From positions 443,315-507,314 of the forward strand of contig VRVR01000003.1 in NCBI GenBank assembly GCA_009859145.1: 64,000 nucleotides of DNA, read 5' to 3'. A program made the translations under genes and the position numbers. Every line of letters starts with the position of its first letter. Position 1 is the stretch's first letter. The stretch comes from Andalucia godoyi And28 (lineage: Eukaryota > Protista > Jakobida). This document shows positions 41,659 through 51,840 of the stretch, piece after piece. The notes beneath the pieces are model-generated. The model saw only the letters and a list, made by a program, of their open reading frames with translations. It did not search any database and had not been told where the DNA came from.

Positions 41659-41805
41659 AGCTCTCGCGTCTGTACAGTAATATCCGCATAACCTGTATCT
41701 GATGTAATACATCCCGTCGAGAAAACCCGAAAGTCCGAAAGCCTCGGATTTCCGCCCGAATTGCGTTTTCTCGCCCAATGGGAAAGCTGCTCCGCAACCT
41801 CTTTT
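41590..41805 (+). ncRNA. Candidate structured non-coding RNA, family unknown, possibly Pol III
   Basis: TATAAA at 41557-41562 and TTTT at 41802-41805. Several long helices with G-U pairs on the + strand, including a 14-bp stem capped by a GCAA tetraloop. Confidence 0.3.
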
Positions 41806-41983
41806 GTTCGTTCTTCGTCGTCCGTATTTTTCACTATTGTTCATGTTCGTTTTTATTTTATTTATTCATTATACATATTTTTTATTTTGTTGAATTGATT
41901 ATCCGTATAATTCTTCTCCCGCCCCTTTCCTGGTCTGTGTGTCTTTTTTGTACTGTTGGATACCAACAAAAAAGGGTTGTTGA

Positions 41984-42628
41984 ATGCGGCCGTCTCTGTT
42001 GTTTGCATTCTTTGCAGCAGCTGCATTGGTGTGCACTGCGCTTGCCATGGACTCGAACCAGCAGCCAATTCCTGCAAAGTACGGTTCGTCGACGATTGGG
42101 AATCCTGCAGCGCCTCTTATTCTTGAGATGCACGGAGACTTGCTGTGTCCGGACTGCCGCGATGCATGGCTCAATGTTATTTCTGTTCTTGTGAATGAGT
42201 ATGCACCGAAGAACCAGCTCTTCTTTGTCTATCACGTCACTCCGCTGCCGTTCCACACGTGGTCGCATACCGCTGCGTGGGCTGCCTACACGTGCGAGGC
42301 GGTCAAGCCCGGTGTATTTCATGACTTTGCCGATGCCGTCTATGCAGTGCAGGACTCGTTCTCGAACAATGCCACGGCTGCCATGAACGTCGGACAAGTG
42401 GTTTCGATGCTTGGTGCGGTCTGCAACCAGTTTGGAGTGTCGACTGCAGACTTCATGTCTGAATTCAAGAACCCTGCACATGATATGCAGGCCCGCGTGT
42501 CGTGGAAGGTTGGAATGGCAAGAGGCGTCTTCGGAACTCCAATGTTCTTTTTGAATGGAGTGCGCGTTTTGGACCAAGACTTTGTTCTCCAGGACTGGAG
42601 AAACCTCCTTGACTCACTTCTCAACTAG
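41984..42628 (+). CDS. Secreted DsbA/thioredoxin-fold oxidoreductase
   Basis: Signal peptide MRPSLLFAFFAAAALVCTALA, active-site DLLCPDC, cis-Pro loop GVFGTPMFFLNG. Confidence 0.9.
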   Translation: MRPSLLFAFFAAAALVCTALAMDSNQQPIPAKYGSSTIGNPAAPLILEMHGDLLCPDCRDAWLNVISVLVNEYAPKNQLFFVYHVTPLPFHTWSHTAAWAAYTCEAVKPGVFHDFADAVYAVQDSFSNNATAAMNVGQVVSMLGAVCNQFGVSTADFMSEFKNPAHDMQARVSWKVGMARGVFGTPMFFLNGVRVLDQDFVLQDWRNLLDSLLN

Positions 42629-43856
42629 TTCTCCACACACACTCTCGTCATCCTCTGACTTCCTGCCTGCCCCTTCGCAGTCTGTTTGACTCTCGATCGC
42701 CCATTCCACACGATACGCCCAACAATCAAGAAGATTCGCAGCAGTATCATGGAATAGTAAAAAAACGAAGAAAATTCTTGGCGCATACATGTTAAGTCTT
42801 GGATGCACCTCTGGCCATCTCTCCCAAGTACAAATCTCCATCGTACCTGCACCATAGTCCAACGGCCACCGACAGGCTTGTCCGTGCTGAAGTTGCACTC
42901 GGTCCTTCTTCTGCTGTAAACGCAGTTCCGGGATGCTGCTAAAAACCAATAATAAAAAATAATAAAAAGAGTCCAACAATGCCAATGCCTGCATTATACC
43001 CTGAACATGCATATCTACGAATAGACATGCATATTCAATCCTGCATCCCGTTGCCGGGAAGGGGATCGGCCCCAACACGCCTCACGGCGTTCTTCAGATA
43101 AATGTTCCGCGCTCCGTTCCCAATCTCGATCAATCGGTGAGCCACGTTCTCGGCGTGACACGGTGTTCCTGAGAAGAGGCGCATTTTGATTCTGACGGCC
43201 CTAGCAGCAGGCGCTTTCGTGTCCGCAGTTGCAGCGATTGATGCAACTGGAGATACGAGGGTAGGAAGAGGCGGTCGGCGTAGTGACACGCGGTCTCTTA
43301 GGAGGTCTGCGGGACCTAGGAGGCCCTGTATCGAGCGGCGTAGGCGCAGGCGAATGCGTCATCCCAGCGCACCCATGCCCATATTTGAATTAAAAAATGA
43401 AACCAAAAAAGTGAAACCAACGAATGATAGAATAGATGGCTATGGATGCTGCGTTAAAGAGTGTCGAAAAAGCGGAGCCTGTGTCACAGGCTGAATTTTG
43501 GCCGAGCGTGCGTAAGCACGGATTCCTGTGAAACCAAATGTGCTCGTGTCGGCCAGTATCGACGGTGTCTGTATGCATGACAATCACGTGTTATTATTCA
43601 ACGGCGTTGTGCTTCTGTCCTGCCTTCTTCGTTTGAGATTAAGATAAAGAAGAGCTTGTTGGGGGGTTCTTTGGGTTTTGAGATTTGTCATAAAACACTG
43701 ATTCTGAAAGCGCTGCTTTAAAATTGGTTCTAGGCACAAGCCACGTGCTGTGCGCTTCCATAGTCTCGTTACGTTGTTGTCGTTCTGATTATTATCAAAA
43801 ATTGATTAATTTATTATTGTTTCGATTTCTTCACCTTTTCTTCTTCTTCGGGTGCG

Positions 43857-45629
43857 ATGTCGTCGAACATGTCGTTCCGCAGCAGAGGCACATGGAGATC
43901 TCAAGGAATCGTGATGTCCAGTAGCAATTCTCAGTTTGGGAGTCGCAGTGTGTCGTATCATGCCCATCGATCGATGTTGCAGAATGATGAGTCCAGCTCA
44001 GCGCGTCCTTCTGATTCGTTTCAGATTTCGTTGGAACACGAGCCGCAAACAAGCTCGACTTCGGGATATGAGCCGCGAAACCATCAGAACCGCTCCATGC
44101 ATTACCGCAGTTCCGAACAAACCAGCATAGACTCGGTCCCGTCTGTGCATACGTTGCACATCCACTCGCACTCAGACGATGACGAGCCTTCGCAAGCAGA
44201 GTTTCTGAGGAGAATGCGAGAACGACGAAGGCTTCAGCAACAACAGCAGCAGCATGCCTCTGCAATTGTTTCTCCTCGCAGGCCACTGTGGACCGTCGAA
44301 GTTGCCTCGCCGGAAGATGTGTCACGCAGCAGTCGTCCCTTGCCGGTAAATGCGTATGGACAGGGAACTGGTAATCGAAACAGCGGGCGACATGCGCGAG
44401 GACGAAGTTCTTCGCTCAACGGGACTTCGTCGTCGAGCAGAAATTCATGGTCCGAGTCCGGGGGATCTTCGTTACTTGTCGTAGGGGATGCGTGGCATCC
44501 CGGACCCAGCGAACTGGGAAATGGTACCACGCTGACATCCACGGATCAGCAGCAACTGTCGCGGCTGGGAAGTTCGACAGAGGGAGGGTCGAGTCTCTCG
44601 GGTGCAAGCGTGACCGCGACTGCGACTGCGACTGCGACTGCGACTGCAACTGCGACTGCGACGGGTGGTGGGAGTGGGAATACGGCAGCAGAGCCTGCTA
44701 TCGAGTCGAGAGTCTCTACGGATGGAAGGCCGCCAACGGTGATCGTCCAACTGGATGATGCAAATGGGAACTCGTTCTCGTATGCCGGTGCTCTGCCTCC
44801 GTACGGAGAGACGCGGTGTGCAAAGCCAAAAGCATACTCGTCCTCGGATTACGACGATTACGATGAAGCTTCGCCAACGAACCGCGTGAATTCGGATGTT
44901 TCAGAAAATGATCCTGCTGTGCAAAGACAAGAGTGTGTAGATGTGTTTGCGTCCTTTTTCGATCCCTTCAAGGACAAAGTGCTCTCATCGCTTCCGCCGC
45001 AACAGGGAACGTGCTGGGGAGCGCGGTTTCGCATTCGGAAAATGGTCCGGTTTGGAAGACTGCAGTGGAATTGCTACAGCCATGACCAAACGTTCTGTCT
45101 TGCTGGGCGGTTGAAAGCATCCAAACCGTGGCTCCGTCTTTCGTCCAATGTTCAAAACTTGCAGAAGGGAGGAAATCCGTCCTACAAAGGCAAGGTAGTT
45201 TTTTCAGAGAATACCAAAACAGGATCTGCGTTTCGCGTCCTGGCGAGCAATCGGGTGCTTCTGTGCACGGGGCGCTGGTCGACAATCAAACGGAAAACGT
45301 TTGTCGATTACAATTACCAGTTGCATGTCTCCTTGTCTCCCATTTTCATCAACCACGTCGAACCTGGGCCAGATGGACTGGCGCTCGTGGGGAAAAAGGC
45401 ATCGATTTCCGATCCCATGTTTGTCGCCACAACGAGCGATGTCACTCGTCGACCCGTAATTGTCGTTGGCCGCAGTGGACCACGGGAAAACACCCACAGC
45501 ACCCACTCCACCGTGGATGTTGATGTTTGCGAGTTCATGTTTCAGCATCCTTTGGATCTGACCACAGCGTTTGCTGTCGTTTGTGCCGCGTTTCACGACG
45601 CATTTTTCGCATTTCGTCAAGTTTCATAA
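43857..45629 (+). CDS. Tubby C-terminal-domain protein (divergent) with a disordered N-terminus
   Basis: PPQQGT...FCLAGRLKAS...LSSNVQNLQKGGNPSYKGKV and terminal FMFQHPLDLTTAFAVVCAAF resemble the Tubby barrel start and C-terminal helix. Confidence 0.65.
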   Translation: MSSNMSFRSRGTWRSQGIVMSSSNSQFGSRSVSYHAHRSMLQNDESSSARPSDSFQISLEHEPQTSSTSGYEPRNHQNRSMHYRSSEQTSIDSVPSVHTLHIHSHSDDDEPSQAEFLRRMRERRRLQQQQQQHASAIVSPRRPLWTVEVASPEDVSRSSRPLPVNAYGQGTGNRNSGRHARGRSSSLNGTSSSSRNSWSESGGSSLLVVGDAWHPGPSELGNGTTLTSTDQQQLSRLGSSTEGGSSLSGASVTATATATATATATATATGGGSGNTAAEPAIESRVSTDGRPPTVIVQLDDANGNSFSYAGALPPYGETRCAKPKAYSSSDYDDYDEASPTNRVNSDVSENDPAVQRQECVDVFASFFDPFKDKVLSSLPPQQGTCWGARFRIRKMVRFGRLQWNCYSHDQTFCLAGRLKASKPWLRLSSNVQNLQKGGNPSYKGKVVFSENTKTGSAFRVLASNRVLLCTGRWSTIKRKTFVDYNYQLHVSLSPIFINHVEPGPDGLALVGKKASISDPMFVATTSDVTRRPVIVVGRSGPRENTHSTHSTVDVDVCEFMFQHPLDLTTAFAVVCAAFHDAFFAFRQVS

Positions 45630-46133
45630 TGCTGTATGTATGTACGTATGTATGTGCGTATGTATGTATGTAATTTTTATGTACAGTATGTATATATAGG
45701 GTGTTTTAACATGTGAAGGTCAGCATAGAAAGAGCAGCGAAATGAAGACACGCTTCCCCCACAAACTGAAGCAGCATGGTCGCTCGAATCTCCCAGCACG
45801 GACATCGTCTTCTCTGGTGGTGGTCACAATGATGTAAACCTGGAATGGCGCACGAAAATATTTATCATCTTGAGAAAAAACACCAAGCGGGTGTGCTGGG
45901 GAATGGCGGGGCCTGACTAACGGCCCGCATCCGGAACACTGATTCCTTTGCGCTGGTAAGCAGCCAGCAACGATAATGCAATGCTTAGCAATGAACATGT
46001 CTGATTAGTGGTTGTGATATACTGCTGGTGCGGGAAATGCAGTTAGGGGAGAAGGAAGGGGGAGGGGGGGGGGGGGGGGGGAGTTGGATGGGGAGAAACA
46101 GTGTTGATAAGAAACGAGTGGTCACACACTGTT

Positions 46134-48416
46134 CTAGTTGCGAACCGTTTCCACTGATAACAGACGCCTCTGCAATGAATTGATCTGCTCCTGAAGTTCC
46201 TTCATCTCATCGTACGTCCTCAGTTCCTTGTACTGGACTTCTGTTCGCAAACGTTGGTTTTCCTCGTTGAGAGCTTTGAGCTTCAGCTCGTACTCCCTCT
46301 TCTGCGCCGAAATTTGCTCATTTCGAACAAACTCCATTTCTGCCACAATGTCATCGATCGTCTTCTTCAGCGCAGCATCGTTTGCCCTTGAGGCATTGGG
46401 AGAATTCGCCACGGCAGACATCTGTGCTCGAGTCTTGCGTGCATTGATCTTCTCCATTTCCTGCAGAGAATGGACTGCGCTGCGCAGCTTCTGCACTTCT
46501 CTCATGTATCTCTTCTTCTCCTCAATGTGCTTCTCCAACTCTTTCTTCAGCTGCTGATTGACTTGGTTGAGAGCCTGCATAGATTGGGTGAAATCACTTT
46601 GTGAAGCGCGGATGTCCGTGAGCGCTTTTTGACGAGGGCCGTCAAACCAAGTCTTGATGGAAAACGTCGTCTCCAGCATCTTTGTGAGTTCCCTTGCGCG
46701 CTTGAGATTTTCCAAGTCCTCCGTTCTTGTAACTGTCAACGGCCCGACTTTGAGAGTATCAACATGGTGAACATACATTGCAGACAGCCGATCGTTCTCT
46801 GCTTGCAGTGATCGAACTTGGTTGCGCAACGCATGAACATCCTCCAGATCCTTTCGCACTCTGTGGTACTCCGTTTGCATCCGCCCGAGCTCCTCCTCGA
46901 GCAGAGAGATGCGGTCCCGCAATTGTCGATTTTCCGCAAGGATGCTCTCGGATATCTCCACCGGCCAGGATGACGGCTGCGACGCAAACGGCTGGATTCT
47001 TGATTCGCCAAACTTTGCTGCATACGACGAAAACTCTCGCTCACGCTCCTCTCCAAGCAACAATAAATTTTGGTTCACATGAGCAACTGCCTCGTCAATT
47101 CGCAACTGCCAATCCGCGGACAAATAGTCCTGCAGTACTCGCATGGTTTCTGCCGACAGGACATCGCTGTCAAAAAGCGCATCCCCGGGCTGACTGAGAG
47201 AGTCCAACGTTGGATCGATCTCGCTATATTCTGCACCACTCTTTGTGTTCCCTCGTTGTGAGATTGCGGCTTTTGCAGCATAGCTACCATTGGCGCCGCC
47301 AGATCTGGGAGCAGGTGACGCTCCTGGAGTCCCAGATGGCGATTTCTTTGCCCCGCGGTTGGCACTAAGCACAGAATCTCCTGCGTCGGATCGAGCAGCC
47401 GGGGTTGCGGGTCTCGGAAGCGCGGATGACCGATCCGATGCAGCAGATGGAGAGCTTGCACTCACCGGTTTCTTCTGACTGTTGTTCTGCGGTTGTGCTG
47501 TCGATCGTTTTGAAGACTTTGGAGTCTCTTGTCCTTGTCCTTGTCCTTGCTCCATCTCTTCTCGCTGCAAGTCCTTTGTTGGCGCGCCCGACTCCGAGGA
47601 AATGGGCCCAGAACGCTTTGCCGAGTTGGTTCGGTGCGAGTACTCATCTTCTCGTACCGCAGAGATCCCATCGTATTCTTCAGCATCCGGCTGTTCCACG
47701 TGAAGATTTGCATTCTGCAGAGCGGATCTTGTGGCCAGTTTTCGAAGCGATTCGTTCTCCTCGCGAAGCAAACTCAATTCTGCGGTGAAGCTCGACTCCA
47801 GCGCTGCGATTTCCGCAGAATGCGACTTTTCCATGTCGTCCAGCATTCGTGACATAGCAAGCGTTTCCGATGCCTTCTCATCGTGCAATCGTCTCCACCT
47901 CTCCACATCTTCTGTTGCGTCATTCAGTTTTCTTTCCATTGACTTTTGGACCCGCTGAAGCTCTTCGTACATGGATGTCTTCTCAGCCGACACAATGCTC
48001 AGCTGCGCAGCAAATTCCTCATTCGACGCCGACGTTGAATCCGTCTGCATGCAAACATCAAACCTCTCGACCAAGCTTGATAGATTTGAGCTGGACAAGA
48101 GGCTGTAGTTACCGGCATCCCCCGCATGTCCTGCTCCAGCCACGTTGCTCATGCTGCTGGTGGTCGTGCTTCCCGACGCTACAATAGACTCGAGCTCTCG
48201 GTTGCGATCGGCAAGCTTCTGGAAGCGCGCAATCAGTCGCTCCTTGTCATCCTGTGCAGATTTGAGCTGAGTTCGAAGAGAGGTATTCTCCTGTTGCAAA
48301 GAATAAAGGCGCGGCTCCAATTCCGAAATGTACGCATCCTGTGCAGAAATAATCCGCTTTAGCACCTCGGCCTTTTCGCCATCCGACACCGCATTCTTGT
48401 TTTTCGAATCGCTCAT
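46134..48416 (-). CDS. Coiled-coil protein of unknown function
   Basis: 760-aa ORF; E/K/Q/L heptad-rich N- and C-terminal segments flank a disordered S/P/A linker. Confidence 0.75.
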   Translation of the reverse strand: MSDSKNKNAVSDGEKAEVLKRIISAQDAYISELEPRLYSLQQENTSLRTQLKSAQDDKERLIARFQKLADRNRELESIVASGSTTTSSMSNVAGAGHAGDAGNYSLLSSSNLSSLVERFDVCMQTDSTSASNEEFAAQLSIVSAEKTSMYEELQRVQKSMERKLNDATEDVERWRRLHDEKASETLAMSRMLDDMEKSHSAEIAALESSFTAELSLLREENESLRKLATRSALQNANLHVEQPDAEEYDGISAVREDEYSHRTNSAKRSGPISSESGAPTKDLQREEMEQGQGQGQETPKSSKRSTAQPQNNSQKKPVSASSPSAASDRSSALPRPATPAARSDAGDSVLSANRGAKKSPSGTPGASPAPRSGGANGSYAAKAAISQRGNTKSGAEYSEIDPTLDSLSQPGDALFDSDVLSAETMRVLQDYLSADWQLRIDEAVAHVNQNLLLLGEEREREFSSYAAKFGESRIQPFASQPSSWPVEISESILAENRQLRDRISLLEEELGRMQTEYHRVRKDLEDVHALRNQVRSLQAENDRLSAMYVHHVDTLKVGPLTVTRTEDLENLKRARELTKMLETTFSIKTWFDGPRQKALTDIRASQSDFTQSMQALNQVNQQLKKELEKHIEEKKRYMREVQKLRSAVHSLQEMEKINARKTRAQMSAVANSPNASRANDAALKKTIDDIVAEMEFVRNEQISAQKREYELKLKALNEENQRLRTEVQYKELRTYDEMKELQEQINSLQRRLLSVETVRN

Positions 48417-48961
48417 AATTCTCTCCCCTTCCTTCTTCGATGATCAGCAAGATTTTTTAAAAAAAATATGAAAGAATAGTAAGGATTCCCGATTCCAGTA
48501 CTGCTGTAAGAACAACACGGCGGCACTTGGATTCTGATACGAAGACTGGGAAAAAAAGGCACGCAAGCTCAGGAAAGTAACGTGTGTTTTAATTTTAAAA
48601 AACCAACAAAACCAAAACCCAAAAACCCAAAACAACCAATTAATGAATGAATCGTTTGGTGATTATGACGCGCGTATACTGCTTGGTCTTGGCGAATGGT
48701 TAGCCGTTGGCTGTACAGCCGGAGAAGCCTCGCGTGGCTTTTGTCGGCGTGTGTTGGGGTCGGGGGGGATTGTCAGCCATGTCATTATGACAAAGAAGTG
48801 AAATCGAGCGAACGGACACTGCCTCCCCTCCACAGGGTGCTTGAGTCTCTGAGCCATGCACAACAGATTTCTTTGCCGTATTTCAGGGTTTTTTGCAGTG
48901 ACGGTTACGATGGTTGGCGAGTGAGGAAGCGAGGGCGTGGGATCTGCGAGGGATTTGGACG

Positions 48962-50026
48962 ATGCATCGAGTGAAGAACCGGCTGCCGAGCATCAGCGGC
49001 CAAAAGTCATTTCGGCTGGCTGTGCAAGATCCGTCTCGGGTCCGGGTGCATTCGGAGATCGCAAGCATCACGTGTCGAAGGAGGAAAGCGACGGATGCGA
49101 GTCGTGTTTGCGGCAGACTGTTTGGCATTGTATCGAATTACGTCCGGACCAAGGAGTGCGGGTCAGTGCTGCAGGAATCAGAACAGTTCCAGCGCTTGCA
49201 TGAAAAGCAATCTGATAATATATTTAATATTGATAACAAGGATCATTCACACAGGACAGCAACTACGGCAGCAGCGGCGGTGGCGCCGTCTGTGAGCATG
49301 AAGAGGATGATTGCAGAGTGGAGGCAGGATGAAACGGTGGATGCGATAATGTGTCTTCCGCGGGTCAGTGTCGTCACTTCGAAAAAAGCGGTTTCTGCAA
49401 AGGCTGTGGAAAGGAATCGCACAAAGAGACGTGTCCGAGAAGCACTCCGGTTGTTGTGGAAGCGGCAGTGTGAGAGCTTCAATCTCCCAACTCAACCGGC
49501 AGAGACGGCGTGCTCGGCACCGGTGAACGCAACTCCTTTGAGAAGTACAGATGTGCTTGCGGAAATCGATGCAGCACCTCCTGTGCAGTTGCACAAGCAG
49601 CGTGCATTGTTGCACAGGAAAGAAGTGCTCTTTGTTCGAAACTGCGACTACCTCGTCAGCATGTCGTCGACGATTGCAGACGTGCCAATGGAAAGGCTAT
49701 CCAGTCTTCTTGAAAACTCTCTCCGCTCGATCGCTCACCAGCTTTCCAAAGAACGGAATCCTCCGTCTCAACACGCCCACAATTCCGGCATTGGTGGCAG
49801 AGGGCAAGTCCGTGGCAAGGGACACGCCGAGACTCAGGAGGGCCATCAACGCACCCGCGGCAACAGTGCACAAGAATCCCGCATCCGACCACAGGGCGTA
49901 CCACGAAGTCCAAACGGGGACGGAAGTGACAGTGGACGTGGAGGTGACAGTGCTCCCCCAAAAGGCGATTCGCGGAAAGACACAGCCAGTAAGAATCCAG
50001 AGCACCCCAGTTGTCGAGGCAAATGA
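48962..50026 (+). CDS. rnpA: Bacterial-type RNase P protein (RnpA)-like protein with two large insertions and a disordered tail
   Basis: MHRVKNRL...KSFRLAV (helix 1), PRVSVVTSKKAVSAKAVERNRTKRRVREALRLL (RNR motif, ~49358-49456) and CDYLVSMSSTIADVPMERLSSLLENSL (last strand and helix). Confidence 0.8.
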   Translation: MHRVKNRLPSISGQKSFRLAVQDPSRVRVHSEIASITCRRRKATDASRVCGRLFGIVSNYVRTKECGSVLQESEQFQRLHEKQSDNIFNIDNKDHSHRTATTAAAAVAPSVSMKRMIAEWRQDETVDAIMCLPRVSVVTSKKAVSAKAVERNRTKRRVREALRLLWKRQCESFNLPTQPAETACSAPVNATPLRSTDVLAEIDAAPPVQLHKQRALLHRKEVLFVRNCDYLVSMSSTIADVPMERLSSLLENSLRSIAHQLSKERNPPSQHAHNSGIGGRGQVRGKGHAETQEGHQRTRGNSAQESRIRPQGVPRSPNGDGSDSGRGGDSAPPKGDSRKDTASKNPEHPSCRGK

Positions 50027-51451
50027 CAGCAGCGTCGGCATCGACGGAGAGAGCTGGCGGACCGTGGAAAGCATTGATGGAGTACTCGTGGTTCTGGTGG
50101 TGGTCCACAGATGCGTCGTGGCCCGCACGGTCGAATTCACAATATGTGCCAGAATCATTCCGTGTGCACCGTACCGTGGAATCAAAAATGCGGCTGCGGA
50201 CAGGAACACAACGGAAAACGCCATGAGCAGTTTGTTTTGATAGGCCATTTCTTGGGGGATCGAGGCTGCTCGAGCATGAACAAACGCCTCGAGCATTCCG
50301 TTCAAACTCATTGGCAAAATGTAAAAAAGGTACAGTGCAACAACAGAGGGTGCTGACGTGCCGTATGCCCACTTAGTGCCGTACAACATGAATATACCCG
50401 GCAAAGAAAAGAATAGCCCAATACCGGCAAACAAATACGACACATTGAGCGAAATCAAAACGCAGTCATGCAGTCTCGACAGTAACACCTTTGGATCTGC
50501 ATGACGCTCGAAAGATGAGAACAGCGAGTATGACATTTCCTCTGCGGGCTGCAAAATCGTCCTTGCCACGAGCGACGCCAAGTTCGCAGCGAGGGAATAC
50601 ACAGCTTGTTCATCTGCCGTGGCCAGCGCAGCCAACATGATTCTTTCGCCCTCCTGCAAGAGATACTTGAGCAGCGTCTGCACCGAGAATCCGTAGACGG
50701 TCGACCAGATGCGTGGTCGGAAGATTTGCCGAAGCGAGACCGGATACAGCACTTGAATGCCGAATTCCGAGCGCAAATGCCGTGAAAAGCGTGCAAATGA
50801 GACGTAGCCCGCGAGAATCAACACGGCGCATGCAAACTGCGACCACGCATAGGCCATCACGTCCATTTTGAAAAACATCACAAGCATCCACATGCACAGC
50901 GTCTTTGCGAGAATGGCAGCCATTTCGATGATGCATCGCTCACGCACAAGCATGTTCTTTGCAAACACGTTGAAGTATGGTTCCGACGCAAGCTCAAGAA
51001 CTGCGGAGCACACCATGACAAGATACGCACTGGATTTGGTCTCGTACGAAGACGGCCCCGCCGACAGTGTTGCCGCATCCGTCTCCGTGCTGCTAGAGCT
51101 GGTGTTGCTGGTGTTGTCAAGTGTCCAACGGGTGTAGCCAAGACAGAATGCAGAGAGCACGACACCGATCGGCACTACAACAAGCGATGTCTGGAAAATG
51201 GCAGCATTGACTCTTCTTGGCGTCGCCTGCTCAGTCGACGACGGTGTGTAGGCCACACATGCCTTGCGAAATGGCTCTCGGCTCAAAAACAGGACTGTGG
51301 AAAGCAACAGTTGCAACTGGACATTTGAAATCCCAAAAGCCTGCAGAGGAATCGTCCGCGCAATTTGCAAGTTTGCTAGAAATGGAACAATCCGAGCTAC
51401 AAACTGCAACGATGCAAGAAACGAAAAGGCCTCCACGTACGACCTCGTCAT
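49697..51451 (-). CDS. RFT1: RFT1 (Man5GlcNAc2-PP-dolichol translocation protein)
   Basis: VQLQLLLSTVLFLSREPFRKAC, ELASEPY, QTLLKYLLQEGE, YSLAANLASLVARTILQPAEE, LYILPMSLNGMLEAF; ATG at 51451. Confidence 0.93.
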   Translation of the reverse strand: MTRSYVEAFSFLASLQFVARIVPFLANLQIARTIPLQAFGISNVQLQLLLSTVLFLSREPFRKACVAYTPSSTEQATPRRVNAAIFQTSLVVVPIGVVLSAFCLGYTRWTLDNTSNTSSSSTETDAATLSAGPSSYETKSSAYLVMVCSAVLELASEPYFNVFAKNMLVRERCIIEMAAILAKTLCMWMLVMFFKMDVMAYAWSQFACAVLILAGYVSFARFSRHLRSEFGIQVLYPVSLRQIFRPRIWSTVYGFSVQTLLKYLLQEGERIMLAALATADEQAVYSLAANLASLVARTILQPAEEMSYSLFSSFERHADPKVLLSRLHDCVLISLNVSYLFAGIGLFFSLPGIFMLYGTKWAYGTSAPSVVALYLFYILPMSLNGMLEAFVHARAASIPQEMAYQNKLLMAFSVVFLSAAAFLIPRYGAHGMILAHIVNSTVRATTHLWTTTRTTSTPSMLSTVRQLSPSMPTLLSFASTTGVLWILTGCVFPRIAFWGSTVTSTSTVTSVPVWTSWYALWSDAGFLCTVAAGALMALLSLGVSLATDLPSATNAGIVGVLRRRIPFFGKLVSDRAERVFKKTG

Positions 51452-51840
51452 TCTCCACACACACCGCCGACAATATACAAAATTAGTACACTCATAATTA
51501 CGGTACTACTATCTGGTGTGTGTGTGTGTGTGTGTGCAATAATGCAATGCTGTCGTCCACCCCACAATCAGACTCTAATCGGGAGGTTTTTTTTCTTTTT
51601 TTGTTTTTTGTTTGGCCAAGACTCGCTAGCATCAAAGCCGAGTGCAGAACAGCGAGCAGTATTCCAAAATCCAAAGTGAGGCGCTGGACAACGAACACTG
51701 AACAAGAATAACAGCCACAAAGAGGAAAGAGGAAAAAGGGAAGGGAAGAGGGAAAAGAGAAGAGAGAAAAGGGAAAAGGGAAAAGGGAAAAGGCTATGCA
51801 AGAGTGTTGGTTGATGGGTTAAAGCGAGCGGGGGGAAAGG

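Noticed and set aside
41729-41736. GAAAGTCC resembling RNase P/MRP RNA conserved region I
   Set aside because: No matching CR-V partner downstream, and the motif pairs locally in a hairpin.
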